Notes: generated by a model not told the origin, from the letters alone. A stretch of DNA of 42,763 bases from Octopus sinensis (GCF_006345805.1 NW_021832209.1:1-42763), one strand, 5' to 3'. Positions 11,726 to 23,984 are shown, counted from the stretch's first letter. Translations and numbers: made by a program.

Positions 11726-14700
11726 ATGCTTAAATTAGGGTGTGTGAATGCGCGTGCGTGGCTTGGCGTCGGCTTGGAAGCAAGGTTACCTTCTAAACGA
11801 CATCAAGTCACTGAACGTGGATATAGTAGCTATCAGTGAAACCAGACTCAGCAAGCCACGGGCCCTCGCGTCCATGTTTGGCAATCAATTTGACATTTAT
11901 TTTTCTCCCTGTCTGCCGAACATAGGTGGTGGTGGTACCACGGTGCTTTTTCGAAAGAGTCTAAACGTAAAAGTAATATCAATATTCCTAAACCCGGAGG
12001 GTAGGCTGGTTGTCTTGGACGTGGATGGCAGAAATGGGTGTACATTCCGTCTGATGGCAGTTTATGCACCGTCCTTAACGGGTTGGGCGGATTTTTTCAG
12101 ACCTCTAGAGGTTTTTCTGGGAACGTCTCGACCTTTACCGTTAGTAGGGGATTGGAACGCTACCTTGGACACGAATCTAGACTATGTGGGAATGGATAGT
12201 AAGAGAAGGGAATGTAAGTGCTTCAATGACCTGCTCAGACGTTTCCATTTGTCTGACAGGTTCTGACTCGACCATCCGAATGTGCCAACATGGACTTGGA
12301 CAAACTGCGTCGGATCGTCGAGATCGTATCTAGATAGAGTTCTATGTAGGACAGAGGATAGGGATAGTGTAGGATGTCCACAATTTAAAATAGTCAGCTA
12401 CACAGATCACAAATTTGTGACGTGTTTCCTCGACTTAGATAAGACACATAGGCAGGGTCCCGGTTACTGGAAACTGAACACGTCGCTGTTAGCGCGGCAG
12501 GTTTACAGGAACTGGATTAGCGAGTTAATTATGAGGGTGTTAACGGGAGCCATCGTTAACAACCGCTGGTGGTTTGCCCTGAAAATGGCAATCAAATCGG
12601 AATCAATTAGGTTTTGCAAGGAATTAGCGATATATCGAAATAGAATAGAGGGAGACCTGGTTAAGAAACTAGAAGAGGCACTTACCACTGGCAGCGCAAC
12701 CAACGTGCTGGCTGCGAGGATGGCCTTCGACCAACACCTCAACGCCAAGCACGAATGTTGCGTCGTCAGAGCTAAAGTGCGTGCCTTAAGGAACGAAGGG
12801 ATCGAAGCTGCGCGTGAGGCCCAGGTAGCGGAGGCGCAACGTGGCAACAGAGTCACATTCGGTCTCTAATAGATCAACAGGGATGCAATTTACTCGAACC
12901 CGAAAGTATGTGTGAGGCCTTTCAACAGCACTTTGCTCGACTGTTTGGTGCGAGTGGTGGGTCGGAACGCGGGATGGACTTCAGTGCCTACATGACCGGC
13001 CTGCCGCGGCTCTCAGCAAGAGAAGCAGAGTGTTGTGAGAGTCCCATCACAGCTGCCGACGTACGGGATGCGATGGCGGGTTGCGTTTGGATGGTCTACC
13101 CTACGAGCTGTATTGTCAATTGCCAGACTTGTTTGGCGACCTCTTGGCATCCGTCTACTGCAACTGGCAACAAAACGGGAGAATCTCCGGTTTCGTGAGC
13201 CGAGGTGCAGTGACGTTGCTGAAGAAAGACCCAAACAAGGGGAATTTTATAGATAATTTCAGGCCCATCACTCTGCTCAACGCAGATTTGAAAATTTTGG
13301 CCAAAGAGGTTGGCGCTTGTCATTGGTAAACTGGTCGACAGGGCGCAAACATGCGCCGTGCCGGGCAGAACCATACATGACAACCTCCATCTGATGCGAT
13401 ACATTGTGGACAGGTAGTTAAGGATCCTGGCATGGGTGGGGCGCTGATCAATTTGGATTAGTCTAAAGCTTTCGATAAGGTCGACCATCGGCCTAGCGGC
13501 CCTCCTCAGGGTGGCTGCCTTCGGTCCCGTCTTCCGCGGTTGGATCGCTGCCTTGTATAGCGGCATCCGATCGGTGATTCGGGTGAACGGTCACCTGTCG
13601 AAACCGTTTAACATCACTCGTTCGGTCCGTCAGGGATGTCCCCTGTCGGCGCTTCTGTATGTATTGACTCTCGAGCCGCTACTGCGGAAGCTGGCGACAC
13701 TGAAGGGCATCCCACGGGAACTGGGTTGCGGGATGAGCGTGTCGGCATATGCGGACGATATCACCGTCATAGTGTCGAGCGACAAACACATCCAGATGAT
13801 AGGCGAGACACTAAGAAAATACCAAACGGTGACGGGAGCGAAGATTAACCCGGAAAAGTCAGTGGGTTTGCTACTCGGCACCTGGAGAAGCAAGCCCATA
13901 CCGTCCAATTGCGACTCAGTAGTGGGACGCTGGGTGGACGGGCCGGTTAAATTGCTCGGGGTCTGGTTCAAATGGATAAGAACTGGGACGAGATCACGAG
14001 TAGAGTGGTCGCTCTCAGCCAAACATGGGCTGAGAGAAAGCTGTCTCTAAAAGGTCGGGCGGAGGTGGCTAATGCGTATATCGCATCAATCATCGATTAC
14101 CGCCTGACCGTCGTGCCTTTTTCCGATGCTACCATCTCGAAACTGGAATGCATATTCTTCCGCTTTCTGTGGAAGGGTGGCGTTCCGATGGTGAGGCGAT
14201 CCATTTGCTGTCAACATCCGCTAAATGGAGGACTGGGCATGCCGTGGTTAATGATGCGCAGGCATGCGCTGAGACTGCGGCATCTCTGGAACTTCATCGA
14301 TGACGGTGAACAGGTGTGGGCGCCGTTTGTGAGGCGCGCCTTCCCGCAGCTCGTCTCACTGACCGAACTGCAAACGTGGATCAAAAAGAGACCGAAACTG
14401 GGCGATTAGCATCGAGAGTGTCGCCAAGCTCTACAGCAGCTCTGCCGTCCGGGATCAAACTTGTGCAACTTACAAACGACCAAAGCGTTCTATAGAGGAC
14501 TAGTGGAGGGGAGGTCCGACGACACACTCGGGGCAAACCTGGGCGTCGATGAGAAATTCCTAACCCGCCTTTTCAGGACGACGTTCGGTCCGGGGCCTAT
14601 GGATAACTTTCAGAGATCCCTGGTTTGGCAATGCTATCGGGACGCACTACCTGTTCGAGAGAAGAGCTACAGACACGGTTTGAAAACCACAGGACCGACC

Positions 14701-15117
14701 TGCCCGAGATGCGGACAGAATGACGAAACCGTTCTGCACGCACTTGTGCAGTGTCCCGATATTTAAGAGCTGTGGACCTTCATCGAACAGCTGTTGTCGC
14801 GTGTAGGACGGGCCCGCTTATCGGCCGAGTCTATCGTGAATATTGTTCCACTATCTTCCTTTAAACGGGAAGGAAAAACAGTTTTTGTAACACTGATAGC
14901 TATGGCGAAGGAATGTGTGTGGTAGACACGTTTGAAAGGCCTACAAAACACTTTCCTCTCTGGTCAGTCTCTCGTCAACTTTTTCAAGTACCACTTGAAA
15001 AGGAGGATGAGAATAGAGAGGAAATCTTTGTCGAATGAATGTTTCAATAAAAAGTGGGTAAATGTGGCAAAAATGGTCAGTATGAAAGACGACACTATTT
15101 TAAGCATAAATCTGTAA
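11726..15117 (+). pseudogene. ORF2 (APE endonuclease - reverse transcriptase - CCHC), many stops and frameshifts
   Basis: MLKLGCVN(V)RGL...DIVAISETR, VYAPS, GDWNATL, SYLDRVL, TDHK (APE); NFRPITLLNADLKILAK, SVRQGCPLSALLY, SAYADD (RT); TCPRCGQNDETVLHALVQC (zinc finger). Confidence 0.92.
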
Positions 15118-15417
15118 CAAAGAGACAACGAGAGGTAAGGTACTTACTCTTGTGTATATTTTGAACTACCTGAGGTGACCTTGGTCTTTTTTGTAGGTTT
15201 TTCTTTCCAAGGCTACACCTAAACTGTGAACAATATCGATCCCCGCTCTTGTTTTGGGGAACTTAATATATTTCTTTTTATACGCCACATAACCCAAAGA
15301 TCCCTATTGATCGAACTTTTTCTTTGTGTGTCCCACCCATCCCACCTCGAAAAGAAAAACTCTAAATTGTATTTCGTCTATTTTCTGTGTTTAGCCCTGT
15401 GTGGCCATAATAAAAAC

Positions 15418-15560
<143 letters not shown>

Positions 15561-16532
15561 TATGTACGTATTTATAATGTATATATGCTTATGTATATGT
15601 GTGTGTGTGTGCGTGTGTTTGCGCCTATTTATACCTTTATTTTGACATTCCACAAGGGAAGTTCTAAGATTATTTCGGATTTTGTCTCCAAAACATCTCT
15701 CTTTAGAATTCTTTTCGAGCAATCTCTTGTGACTTATCTCCCTTTGAAGCAGTATCTTTACCTCTCACATCGCTATTCTAAGTTAGAAATGTCAAAAAAA
15801 TATTAGTTATTTACTTTAGCTAAACTTTAAAAAAAGTCGTGGGTAATATCGTCATTTCAAACAACATTGCTTGATAGATAAACATTCTGTGCTAGAAATA
15901 GCAGTCAGTTAACATATTAAAAAATGCGTATAATGAAAGTTTCATTTCTATTTTCTAACATTACACAAAGTTTGCGACATATTTGACCAGAAAAGAAGCG
16001 ATGGAGAAAAATTCTCGCTTCAGTTCAAAGCGTCCCCTATGGGCTGGTAAATGGACTTCGAGCTTCATTGCGCTCTTCAGTATCAGATGCCAAGCGAGGT
16101 AACCTTAAATTGACTTGAAGACTTGGCAACCTTGTAAGAAATCATAAAAAACCATTTACTGATTGTGTATATTTCCAACATTAATTTCATTTACAAAGAC
16201 AGATCTCCGTTTTCTCTCTCTCTCTCCCTCCCTCCCTCCCTCTATCATTATCAGTTTGGTTTCCTCGAGCGACGCATTTACCCACTAGCTACTTCTTCAG
16301 TGACGTCTTCTAAAGGAGTTTCCGCAAATATTTTTCTACTTAATCCCCTTCTCCAACTTTCATTCCAACAGATTACCCTCCTCCAATATATAATCCAATC
16401 ATTATTAGGACGGCAACCATGACTACAGCAGCTGGGATTTTGTGTTTCTATGCTTAATGAGTTCCTTGGTCGAAAGGAAATCCAACCTCGACATTCACTG
16501 AATTTCTGGGACTGGTCACACACACACACATA

Positions 16533-16833
16533 TTAGGTTGGCAACTAAGTTCTCGCCGTTTTTTAAAATTTAAATTTTTTAAAAGGTTTAATAAAAAAAA
16601 ACAACTAATTAATCAATAATGTATTCACCCTTGTTGTTTACAACTTCTTCCCAACGTTCAACAAGATTTCCAAGCAAACCAGCGAAGATTATGGTTCGTT
16701 GATTTTTGTTGTTGTCACTTAAAGCATACGGAACCCATGCTCCATACTTCTGAACCTTACCCATCAAGTGAAGATGCTTCTCTATACCAGTGTTGGAGCA
16801 TTCCATTTTCTCTGCTAGTTCCCTTGTCGTTTG
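16533..16833 (-). mobile_element. Internally deleted mariner (Tc1/mariner) fragment with one TIR
   Basis: TA followed by ttaggttggcaactaag (mariner-type TIR) at 16531-16549; minus frame TTRELAEKMECSNTGIEKHLHLMGKVQKYGAWVPYAL (WVPHEL-like) fused directly to the C-terminus NLVERWEEVVNNKGEYIID; catalytic domain deleted; second TIR not seen. Confidence 0.85.
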
Positions 16834-16902
16834 ACGATAATTTGTGTGTGTGTATAATTATAATTTTCTTTCGGAAAACAGCGTAGAAGTATAACTAGAC
16901 AA

Positions 16903-17314
16903 GTATAACAGATAGAATAGAAGAGGTTCAAACCAGGCAGACTACGATTAACACACACGGGTTTAATTAGGATAAAATAAGAATTGTCCAATCTGAAATA
17001 TTTTGACATATGAATATATTTGAATATATTATGAATTTTTAAAAACGTCTTTTTTTCTATATTTCATTATTATTTTTTTTATCTATATTCTATTATTATT
17101 ATTATTATTATTATGTTCACATATTTATATATTTATATGTCCATGAATATTTATACTATTTCTATATTTTTAGTATTTCTATATTTTTATATTTCTAATA
17201 TATCAATATATATTTCAAATTAGACGATTATTATTTTATCCTAATTAAACCCGTATATGTATGTGTTAATCGTAGTCTGCCTGGTTTTAACCTCTTCTAT
17301 TGTATCTGTTATAC
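16903..17314. repeat. Imperfect inverted repeat of about 100 bp (arms 16903-17001 and 17210-17314) around an AT-rich spacer
   Basis: gtataacagata.aatagaagaggtt.aaaccaggcagactacgattaacac...cgggtttaattaggataaaataa occurs in both orientations. Confidence 0.88.
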
Positions 17315-17503
17315 GTATGTGTGTATATATATGTATATATATGTGCGTGTATAAGTGTATATATGTGTGTGTGTGTGGGTGTGTGTATGTATGTATGCGT
17401 ATGCATTTGTATATATGTGTGTACATGTTTGTATAAACACACGGACACATATGTATATGCACGCATATGTATAAGAAAATACATAAATATATACACACAC
17501 ACG

Positions 17504-17534
<31 letters not shown>

Positions 17535-17542
17535 TATAATAT

Positions 17543-17594
<52 letters not shown>

Positions 17595-17664
17595 ATATAT
17601 ATAAAACTTACTTGGAAGTGGATGCATGGCGTTCGATTATATAATAATATAAATAATATAAATA

Positions 17665-17782
<118 letters not shown>

Positions 17783-18332
17783 CTCTATCTATCTATCTCT
17801 CTATCTATCTATCTATCTATCTATCAACATACGCTCATGTAAATGAACAAACGTTCCTATAAGTATTTGTATACAATGAAATGTTAATCGTCCGTTCAAC
17901 ATCTAAACATCTCAAGTAACACTCTTCTACTCTGACAATTCTAACGGACATCAACCTACTTCCAACAAGGCTGTGCATGGAATAATTTGCATTTTTGCAA
18001 AAATTAATACAGCATTGCTTTTATTGCTTTTTTTATTCTGAGCATTTCCCATCATGCATTATTACATCCTCATATAATTAGATTTCCTTCCAGGGCGATT
18101 CCATCGTTTATGTCCCCTAACCCTTAAGAAACCTTACCTGTGACTAGTTGACAATTGTCATATTACACACACACGCCCCACCCCACATTTTATACACCCG
18201 GCAAATAATTGTGTATATATCTCTTCACCCAGCGTACCTATATTTTTCTGTGGAAAAAGACATAATTTTTTTACTGTTTTACATAATTTTTTACGATTCG
18301 TATTTTCGCATTTTACTATTACACAGTTTCAA

Positions 18333-18533
18333 GGCGGTGAGCTGGTAGAAACGTCAGCTAGATGAAAAGCTTGCGGTATTTCGCCCGTCGCTACGTTCCG
18401 AGTTCAAATTCCGCCGAGGTCGACTTTGCATTTCATCCTTTCGGGGTCGATGAATTGACTACCAGTGAAACACTGAGGTCAATGTAATCGACTAGCCCCA
18501 AATTTCAGGCTTTGTGCCTTTAGTAGAAATGGT
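18333..18533 (+). mobile_element. tRNA-derived SINE with 16-bp TSD
   Basis: A-box-like tgagctggtagaa, B-box gagttcaaattcc, central motif tttcatcctttcggggtcgat; TSD tattacacagtttcaa at 18317-18332 and 18534-18549. Confidence 0.88.
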
Positions 18534-18864
18534 TATTACACAGTTTCAACAGGATCATAAAAACTAGTTTGAGAGCGTATATGTATGCATCTACGAAGAT
18601 ACGTAAACGCTCATACAATACTGAGTGGTGTGTTTCTTCGTACATATATATGTGTGTATCTCTTCGTATTAATGTGTGTGTGTGTGATTCAGATTGTTGA
18701 CATTCAATACCAGGAAACTGTCACCAAACTTTCTATACCAACCTCTCTGACGAGCGCCGACATAGTTTATCACCCAATTCCTGTCGTGAAATCGGTTCTA
18801 ATGGATAAATAATGCAGCATACATACATGCATGCATGCATACATAGATGCCTACATACATACAT

Positions 18865-19504
18865 GATGGCTGCCCCTCGTTATCGAGTATGGCCATTGCA
18901 CGAAGCTTAACTGTTATTGGTGCTGTGATCGAATGTGACTTTATTTGCTTTTTAAGGCTACAGCCAGCTATTCAGTTGAGACTCACAGCACCATCAACAA
19001 TCATGAACAATGTTGTTATCGTGCAATGCCTGTGCAGGAATATTTTTTTTTAAAGTGAGGAAAGGCTGTGCACTGCGTCAATCCCACTCACTGAGCAACA
19101 GCAGCCATAATCCGAAAAGAACAAGTCAACATCATAGGTAACCACTGAGCCGCAGGTTTTATGTCGGAGTTATCCCAGTTACCCGAGTTACCTTCTCCTA
19201 GAAGGCTGCTCTAACAAAGGCAAGGAGTCCTTCACTTCCAATAGTTTAACCGCGCGATCGGGTATTCAGTCCGATTATTTCTATGTCCCCGCACATGATA
19301 CAGCCTTAAGACATTTATTGGATGGCCGTTGACTCTCAAGAGTTCCTCCGCCCTTTGACGGGTTTTGTTTTTCATCCCGCAGGGTGTCCAATAAACACCC
19401 TCCTCACCAAGCAGGCTTGGGGGTTGCCAGTTTAGTCGCCGACGACCCGACCATGCAACAGGTTGCACTGGGTTACATGTTACCAGTAGCACTCGAAAAT
19501 GACC
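18865..19504 (-). mobile_element. Non-coding RTE-derived (bipartite-like) non-autonomous retroelement, 640 bp
   Basis: Minus strand carries an RTE-type 5' UTR motif (ccttgcctttgttagagcagccttctaggagaaggtaactc); no RT or endonuclease ORF; both ends flanked by (CATA)n-type repeats. The RTE assignment is from recalled motif similarity. Confidence 0.65.
19427..19504 (-). ncRNA. HDV-like self-cleaving ribozyme candidate at the 5' end of the RTE-derived element
   Basis: Minus strand: P1 GGTCAT/ATGGTC, P2 CCAGT/ACTGG, P3 GCA/TGC, L3 ACCTGT whose CC can pair with GG (P1.1), P4 TCG-tcgg-CGA, J4/2 CTAA; G1 at 19504 lies at the element boundary. Confidence 0.65.
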
Positions 19505-19506
19505 TG

Positions 19507-19650
19507 ACATACATAATACATACATACATACATACATACATACATACATACATACATTCATGCATTCATGCATGCATGCATACGTATATACATACATGCA
19601 CACAGACACACACATATATATATATGTATATGTATATGTATATGCATATG

Positions 19651-19709
<59 letters not shown>

Positions 19710-19739
19710 GTACATATATATACATATATATATATATAT

Positions 19740-19779
<40 letters not shown>

Positions 19780-19925
19780 TATATATATATGTATATGTAT
19801 GTACATATATATACATACATATGCATATGCATATACATATACATATATATATATATACATACACAGGATAAGTTCATATGTATTAAGTATGATTATATAA
19901 ATTAAACAGATATATATGCATACAT

Positions 19926-19970
<45 letters not shown>

Positions 19971-20284
19971 TGTGTTTGTGTGTATGAAGCTGCAGAGAGG
20001 AAAATGAAAAGAAAGAGATCGGAAAAGATTTCCAGAAATTTATTTCCGCACGTATTCCATTTTCTTCTCCATTGTGACGTCAGAGAATTGTATTCCGTTT
20101 TGTCATAGAAATATTGTTCGTATTCTCATTTTTGTGTGAAAATGTGTGAGGAGGCGCGCACGCGCACACACACACATATACGTTCGTGCGCGCCAAAGCA
20201 TACCCCTCACATAAGCCGGTGTATTCACATACATATAGAGTCAGTGACATTACAACATACATATATGCGTACATACATACATAC

Positions 20285-20316
<32 letters not shown>

Positions 20317-20420
20317 TATATATTATATATATATATATATATATAATATATATATATATATTATATATATATATATATAATATATTATATATATGTATAT
20401 ATATGTATTTGTGTATATAG

Positions 20421-20453
<33 letters not shown>

Positions 20454-20600
20454 CATATATATTTATACACACACACACACACACATATATACACACATAC
20501 AGACACATAAATATATTCAATATATTCATGATGTACAGACAACCATCTATCTGTCTATCTCTCAGTCTCTCTCTCTCTCTCTCTTTCTCTCTATTCTCAT
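19507..20600. repeat. Compound (CATA)n/(TA)n/(CA)n/(TC)n microsatellites
   Basis: Directly visible; unique sequence intervenes at about 19985-20260. Confidence 0.93.
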
Positions 20601-20940
20601 ATACGTATATATGTACGTATTTTCCCCGTATGTGTGTGTGAGTGTACGCGCGTGCGTGTGTGTTAGTTTGCGTATGTGTATGCCTGTGTGCGCGTGTGTG
20701 TGTTTATTGCTGGTCATTCCAGGGAAAAAAAAGAATTTCGTGACAAATCATTGAATCAGAAACTGTTGAGTTAAACTAGCACAAAACAAACAAAAACAAA
20801 AAAAAATGAACTGCAGGAAATAATGTCTAGAATTCTCCACTAAAGGGGGAGGAGGAAGAGGCGGAGAAATACAAAAGCAAAGAAACACGGAAATAAACGA
20901 ATTGAAAAAGAGACAAATATTTTGGGTGAGAAGAGACAGA

Positions 20941-21999
20941 ATGGAAATTTATGATTTAAGTAAGAACAACGGTTATACCGTTTATAGTTGTTTAGGCAAG
21001 GAGAAGGACTGTGGGAAGAATTCCGAAGATCCTTCAATCTTGATCGATCTTTGTCATGCCATTGATGCCAACGAATTCCAAATGTCGCCCAATATGAAAT
21101 TATCGAATCGTGAAAAGAACTTAATGTTTCTGTCGAGAGATGTCGCGGATGTTGATAAGATAATGGGTATGTGCATGGATGTGAAAGACTCGATTCGTAT
21201 CCAAATGAATTCTGAACCTCCAGGAGAATACCAACATGCATTTGATCGAGGCTTGAACTCGGCACCGAGGATAAGGGTTGAAATACCAAGAACCATCGAA
21301 CGTTTGAAGAAATATAACGTTGCGAATTTAAAAGGCAGAAATAATGAACGGAGATATTTTACCGAAGTTGTTGATCCGTTCAATAAACGAGAGGCGTTTA
21401 ACGAAAGGGGTTTTAATTACCCACAATGTCAAGTATTTGGTCACGGCCTATACGACTTTTATTATCACCATCTTTACCATAATCACTCTCATTGTTCTTG
21501 TCATAAACTCTCTAATCCGCATTGTCATTTTCACGAAGCTGGCGCTCATAAAGTGGGCCTTTCATCTTGCAAATCAAAAACGGTTGAAAAGCAAATAAAA
21601 GCCGGTGGAAAAGAAGGGGAGGTCGAAACCGGAAGTAGAAAGAAACATGACGACGATTGGCATCAGGAAAAATCTTCCTTAAGATGTCGCAAACATGGCT
21701 TGATGTCACAAACTAAAGCAAGGAATTCCGTCTTTTGTCAGTCACCAAACATGGAAGATGAAAACTCGACGAAGATACAAGAAAGCCGCAAACACCCATC
21801 GTCTTCAGAGAAATCCATTTCTTTTGAGAAAAACCAAACAGAATCAGAAAATAGAGCTGAGAAAATTCTTAACTTTATTAATTCTTGTCTTCCATTAATT
21901 GCAGCCAGACAAGAAGCTCTGGTCTTTATTGCGTTTTGCTTTGTCGCCATTTTACTGTTTTTGATGAGAGCCACATTATGGAACTGTAAACAGGCATAA
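20941..21999 (+). CDS. Uncharacterised 352-aa protein with His/Cys-rich segment and C-terminal transmembrane-like helix
   Basis: Uninterrupted non-repetitive frame open from 20824 (after TAA 20821-23) to TAA 21997-99; first ATG at 20941; HHLYHNHSHCSCHKLSNPHCHFH segment; hydrophobic ALVFIAFCFVAILLFLM near the C-terminus; AATAAA at 22171-22176. No TE motifs. Could be a large terminal exon starting upstream of the ATG. Confidence 0.7.
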   Translation: MEIYDLSKNNGYTVYSCLGKEKDCGKNSEDPSILIDLCHAIDANEFQMSPNMKLSNREKNLMFLSRDVADVDKIMGMCMDVKDSIRIQMNSEPPGEYQHAFDRGLNSAPRIRVEIPRTIERLKKYNVANLKGRNNERRYFTEVVDPFNKREAFNERGFNYPQCQVFGHGLYDFYYHHLYHNHSHCSCHKLSNPHCHFHEAGAHKVGLSSCKSKTVEKQIKAGGKEGEVETGSRKKHDDDWHQEKSSLRCRKHGLMSQTKARNSVFCQSPNMEDENSTKIQESRKHPSSSEKSISFEKNQTESENRAEKILNFINSCLPLIAARQEALVFIAFCFVAILLFLMRATLWNCKQA

Positions 22000-22210
22000 C
22001 TCACATAATGTATCCATACACATACACACACACACATACATACAAATATACAATACACGCACACATATATACATATATACATACACATACATGCACACCA
22101 TCATATGTCGAAGCAAAATATCCTTTCTTAACACATTCTGTTGTATGTACGAAATGGTTCTCGAGATAATAATAAATCATTATTAATATTATCATCTTCC
22201 AATCGAATTG

Positions 22211-22948
22211 CATTTTATTTTATCTCTGACCCAAGACCACGTATATATTAGATGGAAAGAAACTTCCTGAGAATGTGGGCGGTTGATGTCAGCACAATAT
22301 TTTGTGTCGCATAGATTGTTGGTTACCCAGGAATCTGGTAAAAAAATTGTCAGTACCTTTCTTTGTCATTCCCAGGGCACCTACAACTGCAAGGATGGTT
22401 TTGGTTTTTAATTGCCACATTCTAGATCTCTCAATCTCAAGGTCCTTATATTTTGACAATTTTCAAATTCTTTTGCTGAGATGTTTCTATCAGTAGGCAC
22501 TCTCATATTAATTAGTAGGCATGGTTTTTGTTTTAAATCTTTGATGATGATGTCTGGTCTGTTAACATTTATTTGCCTATCTGTATGTATTCCACAATCT
22601 CATAGGATGGTAACATTCTTTTCCTCCGTGACTGGCTCTGGATGGTGTTCATTTCGGTTCTTAGGGTGTAGAATACCATAGTGACAACATACGTTCCAGT
22701 GCAAGTATTGACCGATTTGACCATTCCTAGTTTTATATTCTGTCGGGGCAGGGACTGAGCAACCGACAACAACGTGGCCAACACTCTCAAGTTTGTCATT
22801 GCAGAGTCTACACTTTGTGTCATATTCGCTTGATAGTTCCGGGTGAGGAGAGTCTGGTTTTGTCCTGCTAGGAAGAATCCTTCTGTTTCGGCTTTCAAAG
22901 CAACACTTTGCAGCCACTGATGGGTTCTTCTTATATCTAGGTCAGCTT
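22211..22948 (-). mobile_element. R4/Dong-clade LINE 3' fragment A (CCHC + RLE)
   Basis: LKAETEGFFLAGQNQTLLTRNY; CRLCNDKLESVGHVVVGC; HPEPVTEEKNVTIL; RPDII; frameshifted. Confidence 0.85.
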
Positions 22949-23028
<80 letters not shown>

Positions 23029-23030
23029 TA

Positions 23031-23061
<31 letters not shown>

Positions 23062-23064
23062 GAA

Positions 23065-23274
23065 GAATTACATAATACATAACAAAAACACCAGGGCTTA
23101 CAAACAGATATAACATACAGAAAAGTGCACTACTGGGCACTGCACACATCCTACGAAAAACACTTTCAATACAGTAACCATCAGAGCATCACAACAAATC
23201 ACAGCACATACCCAAGGCACACAGAGCTGCGCTCAGTAGTGAAGTGAAAGCACGCTATAAAAATAAAACTAGTG
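23065..23274 (+). mobile_element. R4/Dong-clade LINE 3' terminus B (same family as 26347-30025)
   Basis: Encodes KTPGLTNRYNIQKSALLGTAHILRKTLSIQ*; 3' UTR ending aaaaataaaactagtg matches the 3' end of the long copy; (TAA)n on both sides. Confidence 0.85.
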
Positions 23275-23432
23275 AATAATAATAATAATAATAATAACAC
23301 CAACAACACCAACAACAAACAACAACAATACAACAACATCATAATAATGATAATAATAATAATATAATAATAATAATAATAATAATAAATAATAATAATA
23401 ATAATAATAATATAATGATAATAATAATAATA

Positions 23433-23984
23433 CACTCCTCTGGAACCTCACCATTCAAACTGACAGAAGATAGACTCGATAGGCCAGACATCATCATAGT
23501 AAAAGACTTCAGACTAAAACATGCCTCCTCATTGATATGACTCTCCCATCGATATAAACGTATCTGTCAGGACCTACCAAAAACTGAGCAAATATAAGAT
23601 CTTGAAATAGAAATCAGCAAAATGTGGAACCTGAAGACTAAAACAATACCCGTTGTCATAGGTGCCCTGGGATATAGCAAAAGGGGCTGATTGCTACCTA
23701 ACTCAGATACTAGGAAACCCCAAAATGGCAAAATTCAAAAGATAGTGCTCATGGGAACTGCTCATATCCTACGCAATATACTTCCGATGTAATCTCAAGT
23801 TTTAAAACAAACATAATTTTCGTATGATTTTTTAGGTATTCACTTGTACAACACTAAGTACAAAACCAAATATATGGCACCCTAGGTATAACACCAACAT
23901 GAACTTCCAACTTGTTGTCTCTTGAGGTCTCTGGGTGAGACTTGGAGCCAGCTTGTGCAAATGTAAAGCAAAAGTCAAACATAG
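23433..23984 (+). mobile_element. R4/Dong-clade LINE 3' fragment C (RLE + 3' UTR)
   Basis: RPDII, MWNLKTKTIPVVIGALG, IQKIVLMGTAHILR; 3' UTR gtctcttgaggtctctgggtgagact shared with 24833-25036; (TAA)n on both sides. Confidence 0.85.

Larger units (their letters stand above)
9608..15417 (+). mobile_element. L1/Tx1-clade non-LTR retrotransposon, near full length (about 5.8 kb), inactivated
   Basis: 5' UTR, gag-like ORF1 with zinc knuckle, ORF2 with AP endonuclease + RT + C-terminal CCHC, about 300-bp 3' UTR with AATAAA at 15409-15414; both ends embedded in (CTAT)n. Confidence 0.92.

Noticed and set aside
11023-14951. Antisense and alternate-frame ORFs over the Tx1-like element (also over the Dong and Penelope copies)
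   Set aside because: Shadows of the real TE frames, with no motifs of their own.
16040-16085. Hammerhead-like CTGAAGAGC...GCTCGAAG on the minus strand
   Set aside because: Core is two bases short, GAAA is GAAG and no stem I forms.
18688-18812. Candidate exon IVDIQYQETVTKLSIPT... on + or NRFHDRNWVINYVG... on -
   Set aside because: Equally plausible on both strands, as expected from chance.
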